Source: Eledone cirrhosa
Taxonomy: Eukaryota
DNA: 64,000 bases
Assembly: GCA_964016885.1 (NCBI GenBank)
Contig: OZ024744.1
Coordinates: 61,256,001-61,320,000 of the forward strand
Direction of reading: 5' to 3'
Shown here in pieces: positions 36,429 to 50,560 of the stretch (its first letter is position 1; each line of letters starts with the position of its first letter). The notes below the pieces were generated by a model. That model did not search any database, was not told the DNA's origin, and saw only the letters and a program-made list of their open reading frames with translations. The position numbers were made by a program, and so were the translations under genes.

Positions 36429-37962
36429 CAGATGTAACAAAAAAAGAAAATGAAAAATTCCCCAATAGGGGGGAGACTTCCAAGGGACACTCGTGGAGAA
36501 AGCCCATTAAAAAAGCCACGCTGACCCTGACCACCAGGACAAGTGCCCTTTCCCAGTTTTCCACGTTCAATTTACAGGCACATACTCAGACTAGGCCCAT
36601 TCACATGGTCCATTCTTGCCTCTCACCCATCTTTCAACAAAATGCTGGGAAGAGCACTTCCCTCTCTACCCTGATTTTACTTTTCAAATGAAATTTGAAA
36701 AAGTTAATCAGGGCATCACCGAAGAGGTAAGTGCTCGTCTTCAGTCCTTTCAAATGCGTCCACCATACTATCTCTTTCGCCATGGCCACCAGACAGATAA
36801 AAACTGCCTGCCATTCCTGGCTAAAGGAAGAGGGCGGGGCAATCCTCATGATGGACTCAGCTGATAGCTGGATCCGTCCTACACGTGACAGCAGGTGTTC
36901 GACATAAACCCACAAGTCAGCAATGCTCGGACCCTGGACGAGTGTGTGCAGGATGGTTTCGTCGCCCTGCGCGCATCTCGGACATGCCCAGCTGACGGCA
37001 CCTCCATGCCTATAGAGTTTATCCCGAACTGGCAAAGCTCCTCGGTAGCACTGCCTGGCTAGGGAATTCTGGAAGTTGTCCATAGGCCCCGGCCCGAAAG
37101 TTCTTCCGAAGAGATTGGCTAGTTAATTTTCATTGACACCTAGCGTTTCCCCAAGTACGTCGTCGCTCTTCCCCTCCACTAATCCCCTATAGAATGCCAA
37201 GGTGGAGTTTCCACCGATCACATTGCCCGACTGGTCGAGGGCTGTGAGCGCCTGAAGACAATCCAGTCTCCAAGCGCTCCCTCTCGGTCTTAGTTTGACC
37301 CAGGACTGCAGCTCCATCAAGGAGCCGAGCTGGGAAAAACGCATCTAACAAACGGCGACCACACCTGATCACCGTCGAGGAAGAGGTGGAGATGTAGCTT
37401 GAGCGAGTGTCCGCGCATCATCAGCCACGGAATGCCCAGCCCTCCACGTAGCGGGTGTTGACAGCAGATGGACTGCCTGACCATCGGAGCGCGTCCCTTC
37501 CACAAAAACCGAAGGAGTAAACGCTCCAGCGCAGTCAGGCGAGGCTTAGGACAAGGCACGACGGTCAGGCGGTAGATGACGGACGCGATGTACGCATTCA
37601 CCACCTCCGCTCGACCTTTCAGGGATAGCTTCTGCCCATTTCTGGGTGAGAGAAGCCACCCTGCTCGTCACCTCGTCCCAGTTTTTGTCCGTCTGGAGGT
37701 CCGGACCGAACCAGACCCCTAGCAATTTAACCGGTCCGTCCGTCCAGCGCCCGACGACGCTGTTGGACGGCATGGACCTGCCTCTCCAGGTACCGAGCTG
37801 CAGGCCCACCGACTTTTCCTGGTTGATCATTGCTCCTGTCACCGCTTCGTATTCTCTTAGTGTAGTGCCGATCGCCTCGATGTGTTTGGCGTTCAACACC
37901 ACTACGGTGACATTCGCATATGCCGACACGGATCTTACCCCCCCCCCCCCCCCCCCCCAACG
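36317..37962 (-). mobile_element. 5'-truncated Tx1/L1-clade LINE (RT C-terminus plus CCHC-type zinc knuckle)
   Basis: VSAYA, INQEKS, VKLLGVWFG, RFLWKG, GGLGIP, LPVRDKL..CPRC..ETILH; GC-rich; TSD tcaatgataat at 36306-36316 and 37963-37973. Confidence 0.88.
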
Positions 37963-38093
37963 TCAATGATAATAATGACAACTATAATCACGGCAATAAT
38001 AAAAGGGAGTGGGGTTAAGGAAAGAAAGAATATGGAAATATAGAGGAAAAAAAAAAAAGAGAAAAATAGGTAACGAAAGCATTACGCTGATGT

Positions 38094-38171
38094 TTCCCAT
38101 ATAAATCTATGCAAGAAACATTCGTGTTAATAACTTAACACGAATGTTTCTTACATAAATTTATATGGGAA
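38094..38171. repeat. 37 bp inverted repeat with a 4 nt loop
   Basis: ttcccatataaatctatgcaagaaacattcgtgttaa-taac-ttaacacgaatgtttcttacataaatttatatgggaa. Confidence 0.9.
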
Positions 38172-38539
38172 GATTTTAATATAAACAAACATTTTAAAAT
38201 AGATAGTTTTGTATCAGAACCAGAGGCGGTCTCAGATCAGTTAGAATCGAGGGTGGGTGGCGGTTTAAACAGTAAAAGGTATTAATGTAAACGATGTCAA
38301 AAAAGGCTCGTGAAGCAACTGGCCTAGTAATAACTAATGAAAACATTAAAATATGACTGGTCCGATCAATAACATCATTTAAAATCGCTTTCTATATGCT
38401 CGACTGGAGCCAATCTGTTGCTACAGTAGCTGTAGCAGTGTTTATTAGGCACGGCATCATATCAGAATGGTTTAGTGGTGACGGCGGGGGGTGTACAGAT
38501 AGAAAGAGAAACAAAAAGACAAATTAGAACTGTTCGAAA

Positions 38540-38802
38540 GTGAGAGAAAGAGTGAGAAAGAAAGAGAGAGAGAAAGAGCGCGAGAGAAAGAGAGCGCGAG
38601 AGAAAGAGTGAGAGAGAAAGAGAGCGCGAGAGAAAGAGTGAGAGAGAAAGAGTGAGAGAGAAAGAGTGAGAGAGAAAGAGTGAGAGAGAAAGAGTGAGAG
38701 AGAAAGAGTGAGAGAGAAAGAGTGAGAGAGAAAGAGTGAGAGAGAAAGAGTGAGAGAGAAAGAGTGAGAGAGAAAGAGAGTGAGAGAAAGAGAGAAAGAG
38801 AA

Positions 38803-38833
<31 letters not shown>

Positions 38834-39027
38834 AAGAGTGAGAAAGAGAGAAAGAGTGAGAAAGAGAGAAAGAGAGAGAGAGAGAAAGAGAGAAAGAGAG
38901 AAAGAGAGAAAGAGAGAAAGAGAGAAAGAGAGAGAGAAAGAGAGAAAGAGAGAAAGAGAGAAAGAGAGAAAGAGAAAGAGTGAGAAAGAGAGAAAGAGAG
39001 AGAGAGGGAGAGAGAGGGAGAGAAAGT
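38540..39027. repeat. GA-rich microsatellite with 12 bp (agtgagagagaa) and 8 bp (agagagaa) units
   Basis: Read directly. Confidence 0.95.
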
Positions 39028-41067
39028 GATGTATTTATGGTTGTGGGAGTTGTATCATCATTTTAAGACCACTTTCCATACCTGGCATGGGTTGGACATA
39101 TTTGACATGCTTTCTACAGTTCAATATCTTTTCTAATCCAACCACTTTACAGGGTGTACTAGCTGCATATGCATCATATTGTGGCATCAGCACAACCACT
39201 TTATGAAGTGTCACTGGGTGTATTTTATACTACCAGCACTAGAGAGGTTGCCATATGCTCAAGCAGACTGAAAAATCTCTATCCTATATTGTTTACATTC
39301 AATCTGTAGTAGATGGGAATTGCTTAAACATTAAACAACACAATATACTTAGAAACATATCTGAGTGAACTTTACTAAAAGCACTCAAGTCCATGTGGTG
39401 GTGATTATCCTTTCGTGACCAAATTTCAAATAAAATACATAACCCGTTTCCTTTTAAAATAAATAATTGTGGATATTTTTATGCGCTAAGCAAATCAGTC
39501 ACTGCCAATAGTCAAGTCAACAACATTCCCTTTTACTGTCCATTGAAAGGTGAGAACCTGATATCTTAAACTTTCTATTCCTTATACTAATTGAACTTAA
39601 CATTTCACACTTTTAGGATACTGTACACTTTTAGAATACAAGAATGGTGTACAAGGTGTGTGGGTGGCATACAAAGCGCATGGACAGTTTACAGAAGGCA
39701 CTGGTGGCATACCAGATGCACTGGTAGTGTATGTTACATCACCTCCATGTTACATAAAATCTATGGGACATTTACAACGTTTTTGAATTGAGGTTTTGAT
39801 ATATCCAGTAATGGATTTTCACATTTTTATGAAAATTGGTATGACATACATGGGTGTATACAGCAATTATTGCTGACATAGGCAATTAGTTTTATCACAA
39901 TACACACTTTAAACCTTCAAAATGACAAGTTGTTTTGTCACACATATCTTGAGTAACAAGAACAGTTTTCACTTGTGAAAAGAAACTAAAAAAAGTGTTT
40001 CTCCTGTGAAAAATTCAACCTTGAAAATATAATTACATTTGACACAACACAAAGCCAGTTACTGCAGAGCACAACCATAAAAAGAAAAAAAATGAAATTT
40101 ACAGCTCAAACCTATGTAAGTTTTGCTGACCTCCAACAAGGCTGCATTAGGTTTCTCGGGTGTTTTAATGATAGATGCTCCAGCCCTATTACACACCCAT
40201 ATTACAGCTCACACTTATGAAGGTTTAACCAGCCTTCTACAATATTGCTCAGGTGTTTTAATGATAGTGACACGATTCCTATCATGAAAGTAAAGGATCT
40301 TGCTCAACAACACATAACCTGATCCAAACCCATGATCTTATGATTTGATTAACACCCTAACCACTAAGCAATGTGCCTTCATTATACATGCAATTGATTT
40401 AATAGCTTTATATTGCAGCCATTTGTCTCATACAGCTGGTCTTTTGCACCAACAGAAAAACTAGCCAACAGCTAACAGCTCAAATTATTTATAGTTATGT
40501 TTCATGAGAAAGAAATCTATGTGGTCACTCATGTAGACTGCTAGAAACAGTAAGAAAACCAATCCAACCCAACGTCAGAGAACCAGAGGACACATTGGCC
40601 AATGCAGTCTTAGAAAAAAAAAAAAAGATGAGAGGGCTACAGCTGGAACAACTGAACATAAGTCTGCTTGCTATGTCATGACTGACCTGGAGCTAAACAA
40701 CAACTTTTCTCTTACTCTAGCTTCTATAATTCACTACTCAGCAACAGCAGCAGACATTGTTATTGTTATTGCTATCAATCCCTGAGATTATGGTGGCTTT
40801 AAAAAAAAGAAAGGAAAAAGAAACAAGACTAAAAACTATATATAAATAGATTTAAGCAGATTAGGAGAATGAAACATGCATGTAGACAGAATGTACTTGA
40901 TTTGGTCTCAGCTTTTCATTCCTCAGCTCTGTATGTGTATGTGAATAAATACATGTATTAGTTCAGAAATGCCAGTTTTTATCAGTGGATGACAACATTT
41001 TGAAGTCAGAATGTAGGGAAATCCCCAATAACATGTCATCTCAGAATTAATAGTCAATTACTATTAA

Positions 41068-41355
41068 TAATTGTTTCTACTTTTGGCACAAGGCCAGCAA
41101 TTACCCAGGACATTACTGGTACTTTATTTTATTGACTCCGTAAGGATGAAGGGCAAAGTTAGCCTCGACAGGATTTGAACTCAGAATGGCAAGGGCCATA
41201 ACTATGTGTCAAAGCATGGCGTCCGACCCTCTACCGATAATTCACCGCCCTTACTATTAATTACTATTAATAATTGTTTCTACTTTTTGCACAAGGCCAG
41301 CAATTACCCAGGACATTACTGGTACTTTATTTTATTGACCCCGTAAGGATGAAAA
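41068..41355 (-). mobile_element. SINE family 1 copy plus an adjacent partial duplicate of its 3' half
   Basis: About 95 bp near-identical at 41058-41150 and 41260-41353. Confidence 0.8.
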
Positions 41356-41399
41356 GCCGGTATGCAGTAACTATTACTATTTTTTTTTTGCAGATTGCA

Positions 41400-42280
41400 T
41401 GAATTTATTGCTCTTATTGGCAATGTCATGCAGTGATATAGAAGGATAATGCAAATGAGTACTTGATAGATGTAGATTTTTGTAGCCAGATGGATTTCTA
41501 ACCTATACCAGAGCTGGTCTTTGAAGGCACAAAATGCAGCATGTGCATGGTTGATATGGACAGCTATCTCATCTTTACCTTAGCCTGCCTGTGGCAGTGA
41601 AGGTGGTGTAGAGATACTTGAATAGAGATACCAGAATCTTACCGTTGAGTAAGACTGGGATCCTTTCAGATGGCAAGATCTTTGTCTTGGCTGCATTGAT
41701 TTTCATACCAACATATGATGTCTACACACTGAGGCATTGAACAGTTGATTCTGATTGAACATCAATATAGTTATTGACAATTATTGTGAGGTCATTGACA
41801 TTAAAATCTCATCCTACAACAACAGCTAGGAGATCCTTCATAGCATGTTCTGCAATCCAATCAATAGCGTAATTAAAAAGTGTTGGATACAGAACACAGC
41901 TCTGCTGGACACACAAGAACATTTTGATGCGTCAGATTCCTCACTAGAGCAATGAGCTTTCATTTGTACAGAGCTATAGTCATCATCATCATCATTTTAC
42001 GTCCGCTTTTCCCTGCTTCCCCAAACAGCACATCTGTGATCATATTATCCCAAAGTGATGTGGTGGAAGACAAAAGCAAAGGCTGATGCAAAGTTCACAA
42101 AACAGGTGACGGTTGGTTGCTGGTATCTCCAATGTTGTTCCAGAGATCTCAGGATAAAGATTTTATCTATGCAGCAACCTCAATTCTGATGAGAACCATA
42201 CTGATTTGATTGGGTGTATTGATCATTCTTATCTTGAAATCTTTGTAAAAGACTGACAGTCGATATCTTGATCATAAGAG
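41400..42280 (-). mobile_element. Very old RT fragment, RTE-like
   Basis: Minus-strand remnants of VQQSCVL.PTLFN, GMKINAAKTK and KYL motifs. Confidence 0.5.
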
Positions 42281-42772
42281 GGATTGGATGCAATGTGTAG
42301 GAGAGGAGATAGCACTGGTATGCACATGTGATGTATATAAAGCTATGGAGTAGGAAGACCTAGGAAGATTTATGATGAGGTGATAAAAGCTGACCTTACA
42401 CAATTGCACCTCTCAAGGGCAATGACACAGGACCATGATCTTTGGCATTATGCAGTAATAGAGAACACCCACTTTTGCATGTGCATGGGTTGAGGCATAC
42501 ATCTAGTATGTGCCACCTTCCCTACACCTGCCATGTCGTAAGACCCCCCACCCACGTTCTAACACCCTACCCCTCATTCATGTCCTTAGATCTACCTCTC
42601 CAATCCCCCCCCCCCCCCACACACACACACACATATATACACAGGGTAGATGTGGGCTCCATAAACCGTAGTGAAGGATACCCATCTAGGAGAGTAGACA
42701 CTCCAAATATAAACTGATACAGGGTAGAGGACTTCATTCTGGTAAGACAACCTCTCGTGCTGGCGGCACAAA

Positions 42773-42953
42773 TAATTGTTTCTACTTTTGGCACAAGGCC
42801 AGTAATTACTCAGTACATTACTGGTACTTTATTTTATCGACCCCGTAAGGATGAAAGGCAAAGTTAACCTCGGCGGGATTTGAACTCTGACCGTAAAGGG
42901 ACGTAATTATGCTGGAAAGCATGACGCCCGACTCTCTACCGATACTGCCAATC
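42773..42953 (-). mobile_element. SINE family 1 copy
   Basis: Near-consensus core and tRNA-like head. Confidence 0.85.
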
Positions 42954-43179
42954 ACACGCTATAAAGTGGTTGGTGATAGGAAAGGCATCTAGCTAGTAAA
43001 ACCAAGCCAAAATTATGAAAAGTATGACCAACATAATTTCAACTAGTTGCAAACACTAGTCATGTTAGTGGGGTGGCTAGAGTAGCCATTTGCGAGAATC
43101 CCTTGATGGTCATCAAGCAATCACAACCATTTTCAGGTGCATAGAATCTCTAACCAAAGAAGTAACAACAACTATCAAG

Positions 43180-46100
43180 GTACAAATCTCAGGGCTGCCA
43201 CATCAATGTTGGCACCCGGAAAGAGATCAGGTGAAATTGTGGAACTGTTACAAAGAAGAGGAGTAAATTTATGCTGTGTACAAGAAGCGAGATGGAGGGG
43301 TGCCTCAGTGAGATTAATTACAGGCAAACAACAGATATGAACCCTACTGTGTAGTAAATTATGATGGGGTAAGAGGTGTAGGCATCTTACTAGCTGAAAA
43401 ATGGATAGATAAGGTGATAGAGGTAGTTAGAGTAAGTGACAGAATCATCAAGCTTAAATTAACTGTAGGAAATAGACTGGTGACAATTACATCTTCCTAT
43501 GCTCCGCAGGCAGGACTGGGTAAATACCAAAAGGACAGGTTCTATGAGGAACTTTTACAGACATCTTCTGGTTTTGACGAAAGAAAATCTTGGCCGACAC
43601 ACAAGACACACAGGAAAATATGGAGACAGAGGGTGTGGAGGCTAAAGGACCTCTATGTTAAATATAGGTTTAGAAAGGCCCTACAAGATGCACATGATGA
43701 GAAGGATGACGAGCTAGATACATATAATACAGAGGACAACTGGAAATTCTTACACGACAACCTTTTGCGAACTACTGGCGAGACTTGCAGCTGGAGTAAA
43801 GCACCAGCCAGAGAGAGGGTGAACTGGTGGTGGAACAGCACAGCAGATACAGCCATTAAAGCCAAAAGACTGGCATGAAAAGACTGGGAAAATTGGGGTA
43901 ACAGAGACCAGTACCAAAGAAAGAAGCTAGGCAATAGGTATACACAGAGGCTGAAGAAAATAAATTTGCCAATATCTTGAGATGTGAGGATCAGAGACAT
44001 GAAGTTGTTCCGTATTGCAAGGCACTGTGTTAATGTGAATCAAGATTTTGGAGAAATATGTGTTAGAAATTACGCTGGTGCACTTAGCACCATTGATGCC
44101 TAAAAGGAAGAGGCCTGGAAATGTTACTATGAGAAAATGATGAATGTAGAGAATGAATGGGAGGAAGAGAAACTACCCCTAATTTACCCAAAGGAAAGAC
44201 CCACATATTGAAGTTGACAGTTTTAGGGCCAAAGAAGCAATCAAGGAGATGAAGAATGGTAAAGTTGCGAAACTATCAGAAGTTGCTGAGATGCTAAAAG
44301 CATAAGGAGAGGTAGGAATCAAACTAGTAACCCATATAATAAATTAACTAATACATGATGGAGTCATACCCAATGACTAGGGCAGCAGTACAATCATAAA
44401 TTGCTACAAGGGCAAAGGTGATGCTCTAAAAAGGAGCAACTATAGAGGAATAAAACTAATGGACCAAGTTATGAAAGTGACAAAGAGTTATAGCACAGTT
44501 AATTAGGGAAAGAGTCGAAATAGATGAGATGCAGTTTGGTTTCATGCCTGGGAAAAGTACTACACATGCCCTCTTCTTAGTGAGGCAACTACAAGAGAAG
44601 TTCCCTGCAAAAAATAAACCACTATAGTTTTTGTTGATCTAGAGAAAGCCTTTGACAGAGTACCTCTGTATATTATTTGCTGGTCGTTAAGGCAATTAGG
44701 TTTAGAAGAATGGCTTGTGAGAGCAGTGCAAGCTATGTACAGAGGAGCTGTCAGTAAAGTGAGAGTAGGAAATGAGTTTAGTGAGGAATTCAACAAAATT
44801 CAGTTCTTAGCCCATTGCTGTTCATAATAGTTCTTCAGGAGATGACAATAGTTTAAAATGGGTTATGGGAAATTCTCTATGCTGATGATTTGGTCCTTAT
44901 AACCGAGACCAAAATAGAGCTAGAAAATAAATTTTGATTATGGGAACTGAATTTGGAATCAAGAGGCCTGAGAGTAAATTTAGCCAAAACTAAAGTGCTA
45001 GTGAGTAGGAGAGGATACAGGGCTCGGATTCCCTCAGCAAAGTGGCTATGATCAATATACAGAAAAGGAGTAGGCATAAACTCCATACAATGTACACAAT
45101 GTAAATCTTGGATACACAAAAGATACAGTGAGATAATCAGTAAACTAACAGGAAGAGAACTTTACATGTAGAAGATGCACAAGAGAAATTGAGAAGAAGA
45201 ATGCTAATGATATAAACCTTTTCCAGTCACAGGAAAGCTCCATAGGTGTGGTTGATAGCTTCTATCCAGGTGACCTAATTAGCAGTAGAGGAGTATGAGC
45301 CAAGAGTATAATAGCTAGAATAAGGATAGGATGGAGGAGGTTTAGAGAACTGCTCCCACTGCTGACAAAATGTTTCTCCGATGCTCAGGTGCAATAGGTA
45401 GCAAGTGTCCACATGATACTAGCTCCTATTGCCCAGATGGTTCTATAGAAATAGTAGACACCTTCTGTTACCTGGGTGACGAAATTAGCAGTGGTGGAGG
45501 GTGCTCTGAAAGTACAGTAGCTAGTCAGAACGGGATGGAAAAAGTTCAGAGAGCTTATACCACTATTGGTCGCTAAAGGTTTCTCTCTAAAAATGAAAGG
45601 CAGATTGTATGATGCCTGTATACGAACAGCAATGTTACATGGCAGTGAGACATGGGCATTGTGTGCAGAGGACCTGTGCAGCCTGGAAAGGAACGAAGCA
45701 TGCATGCTCCATTGGATGTGTAATAGTAATATATGTGAACGACAAAGCATAAATGAACTAAGTGAGAAATTAGGAATAAGAGGGATCAGATGCTGTTTAC
45801 TTGAGAGAAGACTACATTGGTATGGCCACATGATGCACATGAAAGACGACAGCTGTATAAAAAAGTGCAGGGCAATCAAAATTGATGGAAGTTACAGAGT
45901 AGGTAGACCCAGAAAAACCTGGGCGATCTCATAAATTCCGACCTTACACACTTGTACCTCTCTAAGACAATGTCTCTGGACCGAGACCTTTGGCGCTATG
46001 TAGTAATACAGAAGACCTGCCTTGCCTATGTACAAAGCGAAATCTACAGTCAGTAGGCACCTCCTAACCAAATATACACCCCAATCCACTACCCCATCCT

Positions 46101-46860
46101 CCCACTAACACCACCCTCTCTATAAAGTTGGTAAAACAACATCCAGTCCAAATAAATGAGATAATAAATCGGGATCGAGATCGTGTAGGTGTCATGAAAA
46201 AAAAAAAAAAAAAAAAAAAAAACAGTCCACGCTGTAATGTGGCCGTGTAGGTAACACGGTAAAAAGTTCCCAGTACCCCTTGCTAGATAGTCCTATATGA
46301 GCGAGACATGGTCACTCAACCAACCTTGCCTCAGTGGGACAACTCCCATCTAACCCATGCTAGCGTGGAAAATGGACGTTAAAATATGATGATACAAAAG
46401 GAAGGCTGTATGATGCCTTTATGTGCTGCACGATGCTGTATGGTAGTGAAACATAGGCTGTGACAGAGGACATGTATAGACTGGAAAGAAATGAAGCACC
46501 ATGTTTCGTTGGATATGCAATGTAAACGTGAGAGAAAGGCAGAGCTTGGATGAACTGAGAGAGAAGTTTGGTTTAAGGGGAATCCAACATGGTGTGCAGG
46601 AAAAAAGACTGCATTGGTATGGACATGTTATGCACATGGACAATGACCAATGGGTGAAGATATGCCAACAAATCCCAGTCAAATGAAGCCACAATAGATC
46701 ATCAAGAAAGAGCTTGGCAGAGATTATGAGAGCAGGCCTCAAATCGCTAAGACTGGCAGAGATGATGAAGGAATGTGACAAGTGGAGAGATGCCATGCTA
46801 AGAAGGACTCGTCCAACCCATGCAAGCATGGAAAAGTGGGCGTAAAAACGATGATGATAA
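43180..46860 (+). mobile_element. Decayed near full-length RTE subfamily B LINE interrupted by a nested subfamily A copy
   Basis: EN (CVQEARW, SYAPQ), RT remnants, C-terminus resuming at about 46394, tail gtaaaaacgatgatgat. Confidence 0.85.
45371..46392 (+). mobile_element. 5'-truncated RTE subfamily A copy nested in the subfamily B element
   Basis: Coding region restarts upstream of the point the host had reached; has its own 3' UTR and tail; acaaaa lies on both sides. Confidence 0.85.
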
Positions 46861-46888
46861 TACATACATACAGGCACATACATATAGA

Positions 46889-49800
46889 TATCATCATCAT
46901 CATCGTTTTACGTCCGTTCTTCCACGCTAGCATGGGTTAGACGGGTTGTCCTGTTGTGGGCAGTGTCTGGTCGGCTGACCATGCCTTGCTCATACAGGAA
47001 CTGATTTGGCTTGATTTCTACACCTGGATGCCCTTCCTAACACCAACCTCATTTACAGTGAGTGCTGGGTGCTTTTTCGTGGCGCCTACACGTCTACTTT
47101 ACAGTGTGGGCTGGGTGCTTTTTTGCCGTGGCACCTCCACAACCACCTTGCGGGGGGGGGGGGGGGGGGGGCATATTGTCTATATGCTTCAGCTTGTACC
47201 CATGGGAGGTCGGGTACTCTGTATTACTGCGTGACGCCAGAGGTCACGGTCATGTGTCATTGCCTTTGAGAGGTGTAATTGGGTAAGATCGGCTTTTATC
47301 ACCTCATCCCAGGTCATCTTGGGTCTCCCCACTCCGGTTTCCATCGACTTCTAGTGCTCTGCACCTTTTTATGCAGCTGTCATCCTTCATACGCATCACA
47401 TGTCCATACCAGTGCAACCGCCTCTCCTGCACACAGCATTTGATTCCTCTTATGCTCAGTCTCTCTCTCAATTCATTAATGCTTTGTCGTTCACGTATAT
47501 TACTGTTACACATCCATCGGAGCATGCAGGCTTCGTTTCTCTCTAATCTACGTAAGTCTTCCACCTTCAGCGCCCAGGTCTCACTACCATGCAACATTGC
47601 TGTTCGGATACACGCATCATACAGTCTGCCTTTCATTCTGAGGGAGAAGCCTTTTGCAGCTAGCAGTGGTAGTAGTTCCCTAAACTTCTTCCATCCCGTT
47701 CTTACCCTAGTTATTGTACTTTCTGAACACCCACCTCTGCTGCTAATTCGGTCACCTAGGTAGCAGAAGCTGTCTACTGTTTCTACAGGGCCCTCCCAGA
47801 GATTGGTGGTACTTGTTTCCTGTGGCTGTTTGCTGCTTGCTGTCCCAGCACAGCTGCTGCATGTGAAGCCTACATTCTTAATTAAGCTTCCTGTGATCCC
47901 GCTACATCTCTTGTGTACCCATTGTTTGCATTTGGGGCAGAGAATGGAGTTCCTACCTACACCTTTCCTACATACTGAGCAAGGCCATTTCCCTGAGGGG
48001 ATCTGGGTTCTGTTTTCTCATCTACTTACAAGGACCTTAGTCTTTGTCATGTTGATTTTGAGACCCTTTCTTCTAGTCCCTGCTTCCAAGTTTGGAATTT
48101 ATTCTCTAGTTCTACCATAGATTCAGCTATAAGTGCGAGGTCATCAGCATACAGGAGTTCCCATGGACATCCGGTCTTAAACTCCTCCGTTATTGCCTGC
48201 AGGACTATGATGAACAGGAGGGGGCTAAGAACAGAGCCCTGGTGGACCCCAATCTGTACGCTAAATTCCTCGCTATACTCATTGCTAATCCTAACTTTGC
48301 TGACTGCTCCCCTACACATGGCTTGTACCGCTTTCACAAGCCATTCATCTACTCCTAGTTTTCTAAGAGCCCACCAGATTACAGCACGTGGAACTCTGTC
48401 AAAGGCTTTCTCAAGGTCGACAAATGCCAAGTAGAGTGGCTTACTTTTAGCTAGGTACTTTTCCTGTAACTGCCTCACAAGGAAGAGGGCATCAGTGGTG
48501 CCTCTTCCTGGTACAAACCCAAATTGCATCTCGTCTATTTTCACCCGGTCCCTAATCAACTGTGCTATAACTCTTTCTGTTACTTTCATGACCTGGTCCA
48601 TCAACTTTATACCTCTATAGTTTCCTCTATCTAGTGCATCACCTTTACCTTTGTAGCAGTTGACAATGATGCACCAATCTTTTGGTATGACACCTTCTAG
48701 TATTACCTGGTTAACAATACGTGTGGTTATAGCGTGACCTACAGACCCAGATGCCTTCAGCATCTCGGCAGCTATACCCGATGGACTGGTTGCCTTCCCC
48801 ATCTTCATATCTTTGATTGCCTTACTACGTTGCTGCTGACTTGTACTGCTGGCCCCTCTATAGGGTCTACTTGGGGTAGGGTCTCTTCTTCCCATGCATT
48901 CTCCTCATTTAGTAATCTATCATAATGGCTCTTCCATGCATCTTTCTTCTCAGCACTTGTGAGGGCAAGCTCACCTTTATGATTCCAGATACACTTCTCT
49001 CCAATGACATCAAAATTCTCTGACAAACTGCCTCGCAATCTTGAACACCTCCTGTTTCTGGTCCTCACGTTGCAAAACATGCTTGAATTTTCCATCCTCT
49101 GCTTCCCTCCTAGCTAAGTATACTTGCCGCCTAGCTTCCCTCTTGGTCTCTATGTAATGTACCCTGCTCCCCCCGTTCTTCCATTCTTTCCATGCCTGTC
49201 TCTTGGCCCTAACTGCTTCATCTACCTTATTGTTCCACCACCAAGTCACTCTCCTCTTGCTTGAGGTCTTACTCCAGCCACAGACCTCATCCGTCGCCTC
49301 TAGTAAATTATTTTTTAGGAACTCCCAGTTCTCTTCTACATTGAATGTCTATCTGTTCTTTATTGTCGTAGGCGTTGAGTAAAATATTTTAAAATCTGTT
49401 ACTGGTTGAGGGGTCTTTCAGCTTCTAGATCTTTCTTCTCCAGGTTGGCCTCTGTTTCCAGGTCCGTCTAGTTCTGACCGTGAGGTCGCTGACAACTAAG
49501 CTATGTTGGGATGGACATTCCTCACTAGGGAAGGCTTTTGTGTTTACGACCGTCCATCTGTCATGTCCTCTGATGAGGATAAAATCTATCTGACTGGAGT
49601 GCTCCCCTGATCTATAGGTGATCAGGTGGTTGTCGGGTTTTTTAAAGTTTGTGTTACATATCGACATGTCATTGGCGTCGCAGAATTCTAGAAGTCTGAA
49701 TCCTCCCTCATTTCTTGTGCCAACCCCATGGCGTCTATTGAAGCCGTTGCAGTGTTTACCTGCGTGTCCGTTAAAATCTCCTGCGATGATTAGGAAGTCA

Positions 49801-50560
49801 TTGTCTTCTGTTAGAGCAGTAGTGTGCATTAGGGACTCGTAAAACCTATCCTTAAGTTCGTCTGGCAGCCCCAATTGGGGTGCGTAAGCTGATATTATTG
49901 TGGTAATTGTTTTATTCAGGACTAGTCTGAGTTTAATGATTCTTGCATTTACCCTGTACACTGAGATTACTTTATCTACCCATTTGTCAGCTAGTAGTAT
50001 ACCTACACCACCCAGAAAAATCTGTAGCACCGACTTTTTCCTACAAGTACTCTGCCAGACTCCTCTCGTCTCTTGCACACAGCATACATCAATTTCCTTT
50101 CGCTCTAGCATTTCTACAATTTCTCCTGCTCTTCCTTTCATTGAGCCTACATTGATGGTACCAACTCGGAGTTTTGGGCATTTGTCGACACTCGTAGGGA
50201 AGGGTCTCTGGATTGGCGCTTCACATGGGTGCTTGGTAGCTCGCAGACTAATATTTCATCTATTGATTCAGGGTTGCTCAAATTTATTCTCAGCTCATCC
50301 ATCCATAACGGTGGGAAAATTGAGGGCTAGAAGAACAGTGGTGGTGGGATAATGGCAGGGTGTGTTGGGCTGCGACAGGGGAGGAGACAGTTAGTTAGTA
50401 GTAGCAGCAGAAGAAATGGCATACTGAGGTTTGATTGGTCGAATAGGCTATGGTGGTGTGAGGGGGTGGGTGGGTGGGAAATTGTGAGGTAGGCACTGAG
50501 GGCTGACGTCAAGGCTAACAAACTAACCGATAAAATACCGCATGGCAAATAGCCGATATA
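46889..50560 (-). mobile_element. Near full-length RTE subfamily C LINE, frameshifted
   Basis: EN ORF 49425-50141, RT ORF 48047-48895 (LLYADDL), C-terminus 47304-47636, (CAT)n tail; the 5' boundary is approximate. Confidence 0.92.

Noticed and set aside
37938-37958. Long poly-C/G runs (also 4327, 9664, 24320, 42605, 47152, 63775) as G-quadruplex signals
   Set aside because: Mostly slippage-expanded homopolymers inside repeats, and their lengths are unreliable in assemblies.
46889-50560. Intact autonomous LINE
   Set aside because: All long RTE copies in the window carry frameshifts or stops.
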